From: a virus
Lineage: Duplodnaviria > Caudoviricetes
DNA length: 64,000 bases
Strand: one strand, 5' to 3'
Virus record (IMG/VR): IMGVR_UViG_3300021431_000086
Coordinates: 61,932-125,931 of that record
The translations under genes were made by a program, and so were the position numbers. Each line of letters opens with the position of its first letter. Positions within the stretch are counted from its first letter, which is position 1. The notes beneath the pieces were generated by a model. It worked only from the letters and a program-made list of their open reading frames with translations. It did not search any database and was not told the origin of the DNA. Shown piece by piece: positions 47,727-57,010 of this stretch.

Positions 47727-47966
47727 TCAATCCAGGATAGAGAAGCAGTATTTCTCTTTATCCCGTGTGGTATAGTGGAAGTGAAGCGTATCGTGGGTCA
47801 CTTGCCTGATGCCGTTGCGTGTGCAGTGCCCGAAGGACAATTCTATATTTGTCACCTGCGAAAGCGGAACGTAACAGTTCTCATCAAACACCTTCGCTTT
47901 CCTTGCCGCTGTCTTCCAGTCGCCCGTGAAGGCGGCAATCTGTTGTTGAATTTGTTTACGTGTCAT
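47727..47966 (-). CDS. Hypothetical protein
   Basis: 79 aa. Confidence 0.55.
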   Translation of the reverse strand: MTRKQIQQQIAAFTGDWKTAARKAKVFDENCYVPLSQVTNIELSFGHCTRNGIRQVTHDTLHFHYTTRDKEKYCFSILD

Positions 47967-47969
47967 AGT

Positions 47970-48314
47970 TTATGCCGTTTGTAATTTTTCCATTAGTAGT
48001 CGCTTAAAGCCAAGGTCATTGCCGAAGAGTTTAGTGATAGTGCCAAGGTTATCTATAATGTCATCCACATATCCCGTTCTGATATATGGGTGTTCTGGAG
48101 TCAGTTTCTTTACCAGCCCTTTGGCGGTATAGGTGCCGCGTAGCCGTCCGACTTCCTCAGCATGTCGTAGGTCTATCTTGTAGAGAAACACACTCTCACC
48201 GTCTCTCTTTCTTACACCATCGTACACGCTATCATAGCAGCGTTTCACACAGAAGAAACTGGCGATAATGTTCCACTCGCTTCTCGTTGCCTTCACTTTA
48301 ATTGTCGATTCCAT
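47970..48314 (-). CDS. Hypothetical protein
   Basis: 114 aa. Confidence 0.6.
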   Translation of the reverse strand: MESTIKVKATRSEWNIIASFFCVKRCYDSVYDGVRKRDGESVFLYKIDLRHAEEVGRLRGTYTAKGLVKKLTPEHPYIRTGYVDDIIDNLGTITKLFGNDLGFKRLLMEKLQTA

Positions 48315-48383
48315 AGTTCTTTAGTTTTTTTGTCCCACGGAAACAACAGAAATAACAGAAACAATTTCCGTCCTTCCCGTGGA

Positions 48384-48414
48384 AAATTATACAAAATCTT
48401 TTCAAAATCTCACA
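48384..48414 (+). repeat. Early-region repeat, orientation A, copy 2
   Basis: 31 bp identical to 47695-47725. Confidence 0.85.
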
Positions 48415-48419
48415 GGGCA

Positions 48420-50147
48420 TTAAGCCACTTTCTCGAAGAAATCGCGCCAGTCGTCAACGCCTTTGCCCTTGTCCTGATAGATAGGCCATGCGTGGTTTGC
48501 GTTTCCGCTCTCGTTGGTAATAAAACCCAAGGAATAACCATGTTCCCGTTCGGAACGGTACACCATATCCTTGCGGTACGCCATTGTTCCATCACTGTAT
48601 TTCACATCCTTCTTACAGCGGAATAGGTCGCCCTTGTCGATGCGGGGAATAAGTTTCGATGGAGACTGCTGCCAACCGTCGCCCTTCTTGGGCAGTGTCC
48701 AGCCCTTTGTCTTGGCAACTTCGGCATTGAACTTATACCACACGTCCTCGTCCAGGAACTCGAAGTGCATAGTGCCCTTCTTGAACGCCTTGCAGCGGAA
48801 GAAGCCCCAGATAAACCAAGTGTTCCATGCGGCACGCTGGCCACCATAACCACCTGGCAGTGAAGAAATCTCGTTGTAGTCGCGCCCAGTCAGATAGCAC
48901 AACGCCTTGCAGACATCGCACATCTTCTCTACACTGGAACCGCTGACTTTCACATACTCGCGCCCTACCCTCTTTTTCGCCATGCTCCATGCCGAAGTCC
49001 CCGTATATTCCCAGTCGTAGCCGTCGCACATACAGGGAATGATAAACTTGCGGTTGACCATGTAGTTCGCATTCGTCTTCCATGTCTCGCCAGCCGTGGA
49101 GTTCTCAGCACTGAAAGAACAGATGTGCTCGAAGGCCTCAATCAGCGCTTTGTGCATCCGCTGCCCGTGAGTCTGCACAATCATGTCGAGCACCCTGTAG
49201 ATGTTACCCATCGTGAAAGGCACGTTCACCTGTTTCTCCACAAAGCGGTTCATCTGCTCACGCAGCGATTGTGTCTCATACTTCCCCATCTTCAGCATCT
49301 GGAAGATGGTGCGCCAATAGTATTTCTTCAGTTCCTTCTTGTACTCCTCGCGAGAGACGGTAGTTGCACGACCATCACGAGACTCTACGGCACGAAACTC
49401 AATAGGTGGTGTATCATGCTTTCCATCCGTTGCCCGTGCCGTATCATTGATGCGCTGCGTCATCTCCATCACCTCGTTAAACATCTTCACGGCACTCATG
49501 TAGCGGTTCACCATTTCGCGTACAACATTGTGCTGTACCAGACCTTCGGTATCATTCATGTTCAGCACGTCCTCGTCCTGCTGGCTGAACATATAGTCCT
49601 GCCATTCCTCTTCGCCTGTGCCCTCCTTATAGAGCTTTACCAGCGCCACCTCCACGCTCGTCTTGCGCTCGGCGGTCTCAAACACCTTGCCCAGACACTC
49701 CGTGTAGCCATAGAGCTGTATGTTTTCGTACAGGATTTTGTTGCGGCTGTAGCTGTGATATTCACTCACACTGTCATCGTTGCATAGTGCAATCACTACA
49801 CATCCCGGAGGTGCAATCTCGAAAGCGTGAAGGATATGCTCGGCGCCCTTCGAGAAAGGCGGATTCATCACAATCATATCCACGTGACTCACCTGCTCGC
49901 TCGTTACCGTCAGGAAGTCGTCAGCCACCAGCCGACACTTGTCAGCCAATAGTTTCCTACAATGCGGGTCGTTCTCGCAGGCAATCACCTCCGCCGCACC
50001 GTTCTCCTTCAGCCAGTCAACGATGTTGCCACTGCCAGCACTCGGTTCCAGAATAATTTTGCCAGCCACGTCTTCGCCCATCATCATCTGCTCGATAACC
50101 TCCTTGGGTGTAGGATAGAAATCGGGGTTATTCGTAAATAAGTTCAT
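48420..50147 (-). CDS. N6-adenine-type methyltransferase with DUF4942-like C-terminal domain
   Basis: DFYPTP, ILEPSAGSGNI, MNPPF; C-terminal WGFFRCKAFKKGTMHFEF. Confidence 0.8.
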   Translation of the reverse strand: MNLFTNNPDFYPTPKEVIEQMMMGEDVAGKIILEPSAGSGNIVDWLKENGAAEVIACENDPHCRKLLADKCRLVADDFLTVTSEQVSHVDMIVMNPPFSKGAEHILHAFEIAPPGCVVIALCNDDSVSEYHSYSRNKILYENIQLYGYTECLGKVFETAERKTSVEVALVKLYKEGTGEEEWQDYMFSQQDEDVLNMNDTEGLVQHNVVREMVNRYMSAVKMFNEVMEMTQRINDTARATDGKHDTPPIEFRAVESRDGRATTVSREEYKKELKKYYWRTIFQMLKMGKYETQSLREQMNRFVEKQVNVPFTMGNIYRVLDMIVQTHGQRMHKALIEAFEHICSFSAENSTAGETWKTNANYMVNRKFIIPCMCDGYDWEYTGTSAWSMAKKRVGREYVKVSGSSVEKMCDVCKALCYLTGRDYNEISSLPGGYGGQRAAWNTWFIWGFFRCKAFKKGTMHFEFLDEDVWYKFNAEVAKTKGWTLPKKGDGWQQSPSKLIPRIDKGDLFRCKKDVKYSDGTMAYRKDMVYRSEREHGYSLGFITNESGNANHAWPIYQDKGKGVDDWRDFFEKVA

Positions 50148-50188
50148 AGTATTTTTGAGTTTTGGTGTTAGTCTGTTTAATCCGTTGT

Positions 50189-50395
50189 TCACTCCGCCAT
50201 GCGCCAGCGGACGTTTTTGTTAGGGTCGGCCCCTCGCTCACAGGCGATGGCAAAGGCATCGTCGAGGTTGTCGCGGAAGGGCTTCGCAGGGTCAATCGTA
50301 TGCTCCAGTGTGCGCACCTCGAAGGTGGTCTTGCAGTAGTTCCCCAGCCCGTACTCGCGGCGGGGCACCTGATACTGCAGGATGATGTGTTCCAT
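50189..50395 (-). CDS. Hypothetical protein
   Basis: 68 aa. Confidence 0.6.
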   Translation of the reverse strand: MEHIILQYQVPRREYGLGNYCKTTFEVRTLEHTIDPAKPFRDNLDDAFAIACERGADPNKNVRWRMAE

Positions 50396-50414
50396 AGTGA
50401 TTGAGTTTTTGTTT

Positions 50415-50452
50415 GATTTTGAATTAGATTTTGTTCGATTTCTGGGCGAAGC
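50415..50452 (-). repeat. Early-region repeat, orientation B, copy 1
   Basis: Shares tgaattagattttgttcgatttctgggcgaagc with 51104-51136. Confidence 0.85.
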
Positions 50453-50464
50453 AACCCCATTACC

Positions 50465-51079
50465 CTACGCCGCCGCTGGCAGAGGGTAGAACTTACGTTG
50501 GCAGTAGTCGCTACCCTTATAGAGTTCGTCCTGCGAGTTAAAGCCTACGCCGTGGAAGATATAGTCCACTTCCTGCACAGCTCCTGCCGTCCATACGGGC
50601 ACGCCTTTCTTACTCTCCATATCCTTGCGGACGGCATCGGCACTCTCACTCATATACAACCACAGCCCCGTCTCGATGTGGTCAAACACGCGGTCGCCCA
50701 CCTTCAGGCGTAGTCCCCACCATATCTGTCCGCAACTGCCACCGTCCTCTTCCACCAATCCGAGGATGTCATAGCCCTTCACGCCGTGCTCCTGCGAGAG
50801 CCGTGCATCGGATGCCTGCCACTCGCGCAGCACCTCCATGACGGCACGTTGGTGCTCGGCACTGCGGCAACGCTTCAGCCCCTCCACCGCCTCTGTCAAA
50901 CGGCTTTTGAATCCGTACATACCATTGTTGACAAACATTTCCTGCCCGTCCTCCCATCGCAGGGAATAGTCCGTCGTACCGGCCCACTTGCCTGTACAGG
51001 GGCTGCCAACCTTTGTCCATGACTTGTGGCCCATCAGGGCACACATCTCGTCGCACAATGCTTTTGTTTCCTTATCCAT
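50465..51079 (-). CDS. Hypothetical protein
   Basis: 204 aa. Confidence 0.7.
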   Translation of the reverse strand: MDKETKALCDEMCALMGHKSWTKVGSPCTGKWAGTTDYSLRWEDGQEMFVNNGMYGFKSRLTEAVEGLKRCRSAEHQRAVMEVLREWQASDARLSQEHGVKGYDILGLVEEDGGSCGQIWWGLRLKVGDRVFDHIETGLWLYMSESADAVRKDMESKKGVPVWTAGAVQEVDYIFHGVGFNSQDELYKGSDYCQRKFYPLPAAA

Positions 51080-51098
51080 AGTGATTTCAGTTTTGTTA

Positions 51099-51139
51099 GA
51101 TTCTGAATTAGATTTTGTTCGATTTCTGGGCGAAGCCCA
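51099..51139 (-). repeat. Early-region repeat, orientation B, copy 2
   Basis: See 50415-50452 and 47681-47725. Confidence 0.85.
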
Positions 51140-51143
51140 TCCC

Positions 51144-51398
51144 TTATGCGGCGTCGAGCACCGCCTGCAACTGGTCCAGCGTGACCACGGGGATGCCCAT
51201 AGCCTTCGCTTTTTGTAGTTTGGCCGGTCCCACTCCCCTGCCCGGCACGTTGGCGGTGCCGATGCAGAGGTAGTCCGTCTTGCGGCTCAGTTCCGAGCAA
51301 ACCTTGTGTCCGCTGTGCGCAATCATCGAGCGCACGGCCTGACGGCCATAGCCGTCGATGGCTGATGTGTTGAAGCAGCCAGTGATAACGATGTTCAT
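51144..51398 (-). CDS. Stand-alone BRCT-domain protein (LigA C-terminal type)
   Basis: IVITG...G.KV...LSRKTDYL..G.....GPAKLQKAKAMGIPVV. Confidence 0.8.
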   Translation of the reverse strand: MNIVITGCFNTSAIDGYGRQAVRSMIAHSGHKVCSELSRKTDYLCIGTANVPGRGVGPAKLQKAKAMGIPVVTLDQLQAVLDAA

Positions 51399-52057
51399 AA
51401 TTTGAGAGTTGAGAGTTGAGAATCCTTGTTGGCCATGTCGGCGATAACGTCCAGCTCGGCCAACAGGTCGCGCAGCAGCTCCTTGTGGTGCCATACGTTG
51501 CAGAGTGCCACGTCGCGGCACTCCACGCTATCATCTTCGTCCTTGAACTCAGCACAGAAGCTCAGTGACTCCTCATAGTGCCCGTAGAACTCGCCGCCAG
51601 GGTCGTTGCAGTCGATGTCGGGGTCATAGCCGATGCAGAACAGGCGTCCCTTGGGGAATGTGTCGTGGTCCTCGTCCGTGATGCTGTGTTCCATATTTAG
51701 GGCGCAGTCCTTCAGGATGATGGCAAATACATCGTGGTCGTCGATGCGCCAGCACAGCCCCTTCAGTTCGCGTCCCTTGCACGCTCCATAGTGGTGATAG
51801 GTCTGCATGACGCTGTAGAGCGCGGCAAACAGTTCGTTCAGGCTCATGTGCTCATACTTCATCTTGGCACGGTCGTGCTCTGCCAACCGTTTGCCGCCCA
51901 TAATCTGCACGGGCAGCAGATGTGCCAGCAGGTCGTTCTCTATCACGGCGCCGGTAAAGCGCTGCTCACCCTGCAATTCCTTCATAGCGTCACAAACCGC
52001 ACCCAGCAGTTTGTTATTGGCCTCGATAGAGAGGCGATTAAAATCTTTCTGTTCCAT
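51395..52057 (-). CDS. Hypothetical protein
   Basis: 220 aa. Confidence 0.65.
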   Translation of the reverse strand: MEQKDFNRLSIEANNKLLGAVCDAMKELQGEQRFTGAVIENDLLAHLLPVQIMGGKRLAEHDRAKMKYEHMSLNELFAALYSVMQTYHHYGACKGRELKGLCWRIDDHDVFAIILKDCALNMEHSITDEDHDTFPKGRLFCIGYDPDIDCNDPGGEFYGHYEESLSFCAEFKDEDDSVECRDVALCNVWHHKELLRDLLAELDVIADMANKDSQLSTLKL

Positions 52058-52080
52058 AATTATCAAGAATTAGAGAATTT

Positions 52081-52260
52081 TTATAATGTGTAGTTCCACA
52101 TAAAGTTGTGATTCATGTCGTACACATAACATGACTTGTAACCGTTGCTCTTCATCCAAGTCTCGGCAATCTTTTGTATGTTGTCGCCTTTCCGGATAGG
52201 TATCACTTGGCACCCAGAGGCGAACCCCATGTGGGTGTTGCAGAAATAATAATGTTTCAT
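52081..52260 (-). CDS. Small hypothetical protein (59 aa)
   Basis: MKHYYFCNTHMGF...; fills the gap in the coding frame. Confidence 0.5.
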   Translation of the reverse strand: MKHYYFCNTHMGFASGCQVIPIRKGDNIQKIAETWMKSNGYKSCYVYDMNHNFMWNYTL

Positions 52261-52295
52261 AATTCGTGAAATCTTTCTGTGTTATCTGTGTGCGC

Positions 52296-53138
52296 TTATC
52301 CCTCGAAGTCAATCAGCAGCACGATGTCGTCCAAGTCGCACTCTTCTTCCCACCACCCTTCCGGGAGGTCGTGGTCCATGCCGTACTCACCAAGCAGGTC
52401 GGTAATCTTGCCGTCGTCGATGCCATAGGCGGGGTTCATGTGCTGCTTGAAGTTCTTATCCACCTTGGCGCAGATGATAGCCTTGTCCTCCGGCTCTAAC
52501 TGCTCGTTGATATAGGCCACCGCCTTGCGCATGTCCGCGCTGTACTCGGCATAGACATCCTGTGCGGGGTCGTCGGCGGGTGTAGTCGTGGCAGGGTCGG
52601 CGGGTTCGCCATCCGACAGCGCACCAATGAAGTGCTCATTGTTATGCGCCAGGGTGGTCAGCGTGGCAAGCATCACCAGGCAACATTCGCGGGCGCTCTT
52701 TCCGTGATACAGGCTGACGTTGTACCCATCGCCGTAGATGTAGGCGGAATAGTCGCCGCCCATCTCGTAGCACTCTGCATTGCAGCGGATGACACCGCAT
52801 TCGTGCGCCTTGCCAATCTCCGCTTCGCAGAGACGCATCAGGTTGTAATAGTGCTGGTCGGTCATCTCCTGCTCGATGTCGGTGTTCTTCGCCACCAGCC
52901 ATATCAGCTCTGCGTCCGTCAGGTTCGCCTCCATCACACCGCTGTCCGTGTAGTAGTAGATGCCGTTGTCAATCTGCGAAACCTCACTGTCCACCTCTTC
53001 GAGGTCGGTGCCCAGCGCTTCCGACAACTCCCAGCCCGCCACCGTCACAGGCTCCGTATAGAAGCCACTCACTGCCGACAGGTCAATCACGCGTGCCGGA
53101 TATTTCACACCCTTGTATTCAATCTGAATCTTCTTCAT
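52296..53138 (-). CDS. Acidic multi-domain hypothetical protein
   Basis: 280 aa. Confidence 0.7.
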   Translation of the reverse strand: MKKIQIEYKGVKYPARVIDLSAVSGFYTEPVTVAGWELSEALGTDLEEVDSEVSQIDNGIYYYTDSGVMEANLTDAELIWLVAKNTDIEQEMTDQHYYNLMRLCEAEIGKAHECGVIRCNAECYEMGGDYSAYIYGDGYNVSLYHGKSARECCLVMLATLTTLAHNNEHFIGALSDGEPADPATTTPADDPAQDVYAEYSADMRKAVAYINEQLEPEDKAIICAKVDKNFKQHMNPAYGIDDGKITDLLGEYGMDHDLPEGWWEEECDLDDIVLLIDFEG

Positions 53139-53163
53139 AATCGTAATCTTTTTTTGGGGGGGG

Positions 53164-53661
53164 TTAACACATATATGTTGTCTGCCAGTCCTCGCACGAC
53201 GGGTGCAGGGTAGTGGCGCGGAAGGAAAGCGGGTTACAGCCGCAGGGTGTGAACAGGTGGAAGTCTTCGCCACGATAGCCGCTCTTGAAGTCGGCCTTCC
53301 ATGCGGCATAATTGTGCATGACAGCATCGAGCGTCACATGGAATCCGTGCTCGGCAAACTCTGCCACCACCTCACGTGCCTTCTTCGGAGTAAGACGGCG
53401 GAAGCGTTCGGGGAAGTCGATGTCGTACTCCTGATAGGGATGACCCAGCTTCACATCCATGCCGGCAGCCTTCATCTCGTTCAGTGTAGGCCAGTCGCTC
53501 TGTGTCCACTCCTCCTTACCATCGCCCCACGGAGTGATATACTGCATCGCAGTGAGGTTGACTTTAACCTCCCAGTTCCAAGGGATGAAACAATCCCGTC
53601 CGTCAATCACAAACCAATGGGAGTCGGTTGGTTGCTGCTGTGTTCTAATGTTCTGTGCCAT
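53164..53661 (-). CDS. Hypothetical protein
   Basis: 165 aa; DFKSGYR...HLFTPCGCNPL. Confidence 0.7.
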   Translation of the reverse strand: MAQNIRTQQQPTDSHWFVIDGRDCFIPWNWEVKVNLTAMQYITPWGDGKEEWTQSDWPTLNEMKAAGMDVKLGHPYQEYDIDFPERFRRLTPKKAREVVAEFAEHGFHVTLDAVMHNYAAWKADFKSGYRGEDFHLFTPCGCNPLSFRATTLHPSCEDWQTTYMC

Positions 53662-53712
53662 AGTCGTAATCTGTTATCGTTGTTATTCGTTTTGTTTATC
53701 TCGGTTGATTGG

Positions 53713-54270
53713 TTACGCTGCCAGCCGCTCACGGAGCGCAGCCCGCAACTTATCCGCAAGGGTCATTTCTTTTTGTCCCGCAGAAATAGCAGAAACTTTC
53801 TGTGCTTTCTGTGCTTTCTGTGTGACCTTCCTCGGTGCGGACTTTGGAGACACTTTCTCCGGCAGCCGGCACCAGCGTTCGCCGTCCTTATAGCCGAACA
53901 CTGTCTTGTTCATCATGGCGCTGCAGCCGTTCATGCGGCAGAACGCCAAGGCCACGGAGAATACGTTGGCCATGTGGTAGGCGCATCGGAATGTTCCGAA
54001 CTCCATCACCGCCTCGTAGGTCTTGGCGTTGTAGGTCAGGCCCTCGATGTGTCCGTCCGTATTGAACACATTCCAGTATTCACACCATACCAGGTCCACG
54101 AATACCATGCCCGGCTTCGCATTGGTGCGGTTGCGTCCCTTGTGCCCCTGCACCACTTCGCTCAGTTTGAACTCGCCCTCGTGGACATTCTGTGTGCAGG
54201 TTTCCCACACCCATGCCGCCTGCATCAGCAGCGACATAGCAATTTTGCTGTTCAGTTCCTTCTGTGTCAT
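53713..54270 (-). CDS. Hypothetical protein
   Basis: 185 aa; AQKAQK repeat near the C-terminus. Confidence 0.7.
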   Translation of the reverse strand: MTQKELNSKIAMSLLMQAAWVWETCTQNVHEGEFKLSEVVQGHKGRNRTNAKPGMVFVDLVWCEYWNVFNTDGHIEGLTYNAKTYEAVMEFGTFRCAYHMANVFSVALAFCRMNGCSAMMNKTVFGYKDGERWCRLPEKVSPKSAPRKVTQKAQKAQKVSAISAGQKEMTLADKLRAALRERLAA

Positions 54271-54306
54271 AGTTGTGTCCTCCAATTATGAATTTTGAAT
54301 TGTGAA

Positions 54307-54495
54307 TTATGGATTATAGATGACCGCTTTGCGCTTATCGGCCCGTGTAGCCGGCCGGGTGTCGAAGGGTTCCTTCCCTCGGCTCACCACCACCAGCTCG
54401 CCCCACAGGTCCGGGACGATACACAGCAGCGGGTCGTCCTTCAGCACCACCACCTTTCCGACCAGCAGTGCTGAGTTGATATCTTTCGTTGTCAT
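54307..54495 (-). CDS. Hypothetical protein
   Basis: 62 aa. Confidence 0.55.
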   Translation of the reverse strand: MTTKDINSALLVGKVVVLKDDPLLCIVPDLWGELVVVSRGKEPFDTRPATRADKRKAVIYNP

Positions 54496-54499
54496 AGGC

Positions 54500-54706
54500 T
54501 CAGAATTTCCAGCTATTGTCCGGGTCGTTGGCATAGCAGGCCTTGAAGCCCGCAGGGGTCAGGAACACGATATAGGTGTAGTAGTTGGTATAGTCCATCA
54601 CCTGCGCCTCACGCATCCAGTCGTTGAGTACATCGACGGATGTGCTGTCCGTTTCACACATTTCCCGCAGTGGGCGAAAAGTGTACGTCTGTCCTTGAAT
54701 TTCCAT
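54500..54706 (-). CDS. Hypothetical protein
   Basis: 68 aa. Confidence 0.55.
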   Translation of the reverse strand: MEIQGQTYTFRPLREMCETDSTSVDVLNDWMREAQVMDYTNYYTYIVFLTPAGFKACYANDPDNSWKF

Positions 54707-54777
54707 AGGCGTATATGTTTAGGGTTATTTGTATTTTATAGCCCTCCATTACGGGAGGGCTGGGTAGGTCTTCTCTT

Positions 54778-54906
54778 AAAAAAGACTGCCGCGCTTCACA
54801 ACGCAGCAGCCCGTTCACTCAAAAATTCAAAAGTTATGTTTAGCAACATAATAGTTCCCGCAGTGCCATCAAAGGCATAGGTCGGTGCCACTGCGGGATA
54901 GTTTCA
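54778..54906 (-). ncRNA. Candidate sRNA A with anti-translation-start sequence and terminator
   Basis: -7-like AATCTTTG (54919-54912); hairpins TCCCGCAGTG/CACTGCGGGA and TTATGTT/AACATAA; CAUAACUUUUGAAUUUUUGAGUGA; terminator + U6. Confidence 0.6.
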
Positions 54907-54959
54907 CGATGCAAAGATTCTTCTTTTTCCGTGATTTCAGTGATTCCCGTGTAAGAATT

Positions 54960-55301
54960 TCATGCTGATAACACAACTTCCTTCTCCTTAATCTCTCCGT
55001 AAGCTCTGTTGGCGCAGTGGTCCTCGAAGAGGAAGTCATCATCGTTCTTATTGCTCACCACCTCGTCGTATTCCTCCGATGCGGTCAGCGTCTGCCATTC
55101 CTTGTCCAGACACTTGCGGGCTTCCTCTTCCGTTCCAAACACATTCACCGACAAGTTAAGTCCCCACTCGTAGTCGTTCAGGAACGTCACCACCCACACC
55201 TTCTGCGGCGGCTTGGCCTTGGCGATAGTTTCCAGCGACTCTGCGATGTCGCCCAGCAGGTTTGGCACCCGCTCCATGAATCTTTGTTCCAATACTGTCA
55301 T
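54960..55301 (-). CDS. Hypothetical protein
   Basis: 113 aa. Confidence 0.65.
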   Translation of the reverse strand: MTVLEQRFMERVPNLLGDIAESLETIAKAKPPQKVWVVTFLNDYEWGLNLSVNVFGTEEEARKCLDKEWQTLTASEEYDEVVSNKNDDDFLFEDHCANRAYGEIKEKEVVLSA

Positions 55302-55315
55302 AGTCGTTTCTTATT

Positions 55316-55813
55316 TTAATAGTTTTGTTCCACATATCTGTCCACCGCTTGATGTAGCACGATAGCCGTCAGGCGCTTCAGTTCCTTCCGCAGTTCCGCC
55401 TCCGTCAGTCCTGCATACTCTCCCGTGCTGGCAGCATCGCCCGGCTCTGCCTCGCCGTCGAGCAACTTGCAGATGTCGTCAATCCAACCGAGATAGTCAT
55501 TGCCGCCTTCCATAGGGCAATAATGCTCGATGAACGCCTGCTCGTTGAACTCCCACACCACCTGCGGCTGTTTTGCCTTTGCCTTCGCCCTGGCGTGTGC
55601 CCAGGCTTCGTTCACCACCTCGCCCAACTCACGCTCATAGTAGTTGTCGGCGAACACCTCTTCCTCGTCGCCGTCCTTGATGAACACGGTGTGATAATCG
55701 TCGTCCACCTCCATGCCCGGCCCGTCGGGGCGGACGATAATCTCCATCCCGTACTGCTTCAAGTCCTCGTTAGCCATTTGCAGGGTGCCCTCCCAATCGT
55801 TTCTTGTATTCAT
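55316..55813 (-). CDS. Acidic hypothetical protein
   Basis: 165 aa. Confidence 0.65.
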   Translation of the reverse strand: MNTRNDWEGTLQMANEDLKQYGMEIIVRPDGPGMEVDDDYHTVFIKDGDEEEVFADNYYERELGEVVNEAWAHARAKAKAKQPQVVWEFNEQAFIEHYCPMEGGNDYLGWIDDICKLLDGEAEPGDAASTGEYAGLTEAELRKELKRLTAIVLHQAVDRYVEQNY

Positions 55814-55847
55814 AATTCAATCCGCTTAATCCGTTAAATCCTTGTTA

Positions 55848-56330
55848 TTACTCATTCACTTTCTCCACATCCCTGCGCAGGTGCCAGTAGATAGCCTGTG
55901 TCAGATAGTCCAGTTCCGCCAGCGACATTTCCGATGCCGGCTGGTGGTCAGGTTCAGCCATGTCACCCTGCCAGTTCACACCGCCGTTGAAGAACTGATA
56001 GAGCATCAGCGTTTCATAACCCGTCTCGTCACGCTCGATATAGAGCGACCAGAAAGCGTGGTGCCCGAACTCGTCCGACAAATCAGCCACCGTAGGGTCT
56101 ATGTCGCCTTCAATGCCATCCACCCATTTCAAAGGCAGGGCAAAGGCGCATCCGAAGCTGGCAATGTCAAGCACCTTTACGATGGTGTAGCCCTCGTCTT
56201 CCTCTATGCCGTGTTCGTCACGGTAATAGTCGTTATAGTCGTCGCCGTTCTCACGCACCAGCGTCATCAGTGTGTCGAGCAACTGCTCCTTGCACGCCTC
56301 TCTCACTTGATGAAGTTGTTCTGATTTCAT
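55848..56330 (-). CDS. Acidic hypothetical protein
   Basis: 160 aa. Confidence 0.65.
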   Translation of the reverse strand: MKSEQLHQVREACKEQLLDTLMTLVRENGDDYNDYYRDEHGIEEDEGYTIVKVLDIASFGCAFALPLKWVDGIEGDIDPTVADLSDEFGHHAFWSLYIERDETGYETLMLYQFFNGGVNWQGDMAEPDHQPASEMSLAELDYLTQAIYWHLRRDVEKVNE

Positions 56331-56468
56331 AGTCTTGTTGTTTTAGTTGTTTTCCTTCCATGTGATTCCGTCCCGTACATACTCGTGGATAGAGCCGCCG
56401 TCCATGCTGTCCACCTGAATGACCAGCCCCTCCATGACAGGTTCACCCTGCTCGTCGATTTCCGTAGT

Positions 56469-56933
56469 TTAGTCGATTAAATTCAGTTCCTTCATTACCT
56501 TGTTCTCGAACGCTTCAAGTTCCGTCATGTAGTCGCGCTCATCATCCACTTGCCAGTCCAGTTCCTTCTCAAACTGCTTGGCATACTCAATGATAGCGTC
56601 ACACACATCACCCCACCCGCCGAAGCGGTCGCTCTGATACATGGTGTTGTAGAGGTCCGACGACAGCAGCGCAATAGTCTCTTGCAACAGATGCTCCTTG
56701 TCGATGAGCTTCTTAGGTTCTGGTAATGAAATACCGATTTTCTCAAGTATCTCACTCTCGGTCTCCTTCACCTCGTAGGAGCGTCCGCCACATACGATGC
56801 AGGTGTAGCGCCATTCGCGGTTGTCGGCTACCGCCTGGTCCGATTGCATGTCGCGGATAGAAGCAATCTGTTCCACTTGCAGAATGACGCTTGCGCCGCC
56901 CTTCCGTTCTTTCAGTCTGATAAATGTTGCCAT
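56469..56933 (-). CDS. Hypothetical protein
   Basis: 154 aa. Confidence 0.65.
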   Translation of the reverse strand: MATFIRLKERKGGASVILQVEQIASIRDMQSDQAVADNREWRYTCIVCGGRSYEVKETESEILEKIGISLPEPKKLIDKEHLLQETIALLSSDLYNTMYQSDRFGGWGDVCDAIIEYAKQFEKELDWQVDDERDYMTELEAFENKVMKELNLID

Positions 56934-56954
56934 AGTCGTATAATTTTTGATTTA

Positions 56955-56991
56955 ATTTTGAGCGGAGCGACCCCATGAATAGAGCCGCCCC
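56955..56991 (-). repeat. Conserved G-U-rich mRNA hairpin, copy 1
   Basis: 33/37 identical to 61370-61406. Confidence 0.75.
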
Positions 56992-57010
56992 GCATTTTTC
57001 ACTTTTCACT

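Noticed and set aside
14383-50147. Restriction-modification system
   Set aside because: Three MTases are present, but no recognisable endonuclease or specificity subunit lies next to any of them.
50446-51136. N4-type virion RNA polymerase hairpin promoters (GCGAAGC on the template strand)
   Set aside because: No vRNAP gene is visible, host-type promoters exist, and another copy lies in the opposite orientation; RNA pairing explains the pattern better.
56343-56468. Small gene (…EIDEQGEPVMEGLVIQVDSMDGG…)
   Set aside because: The frame is open but has no credible start; probably a 5'-deleted remnant.
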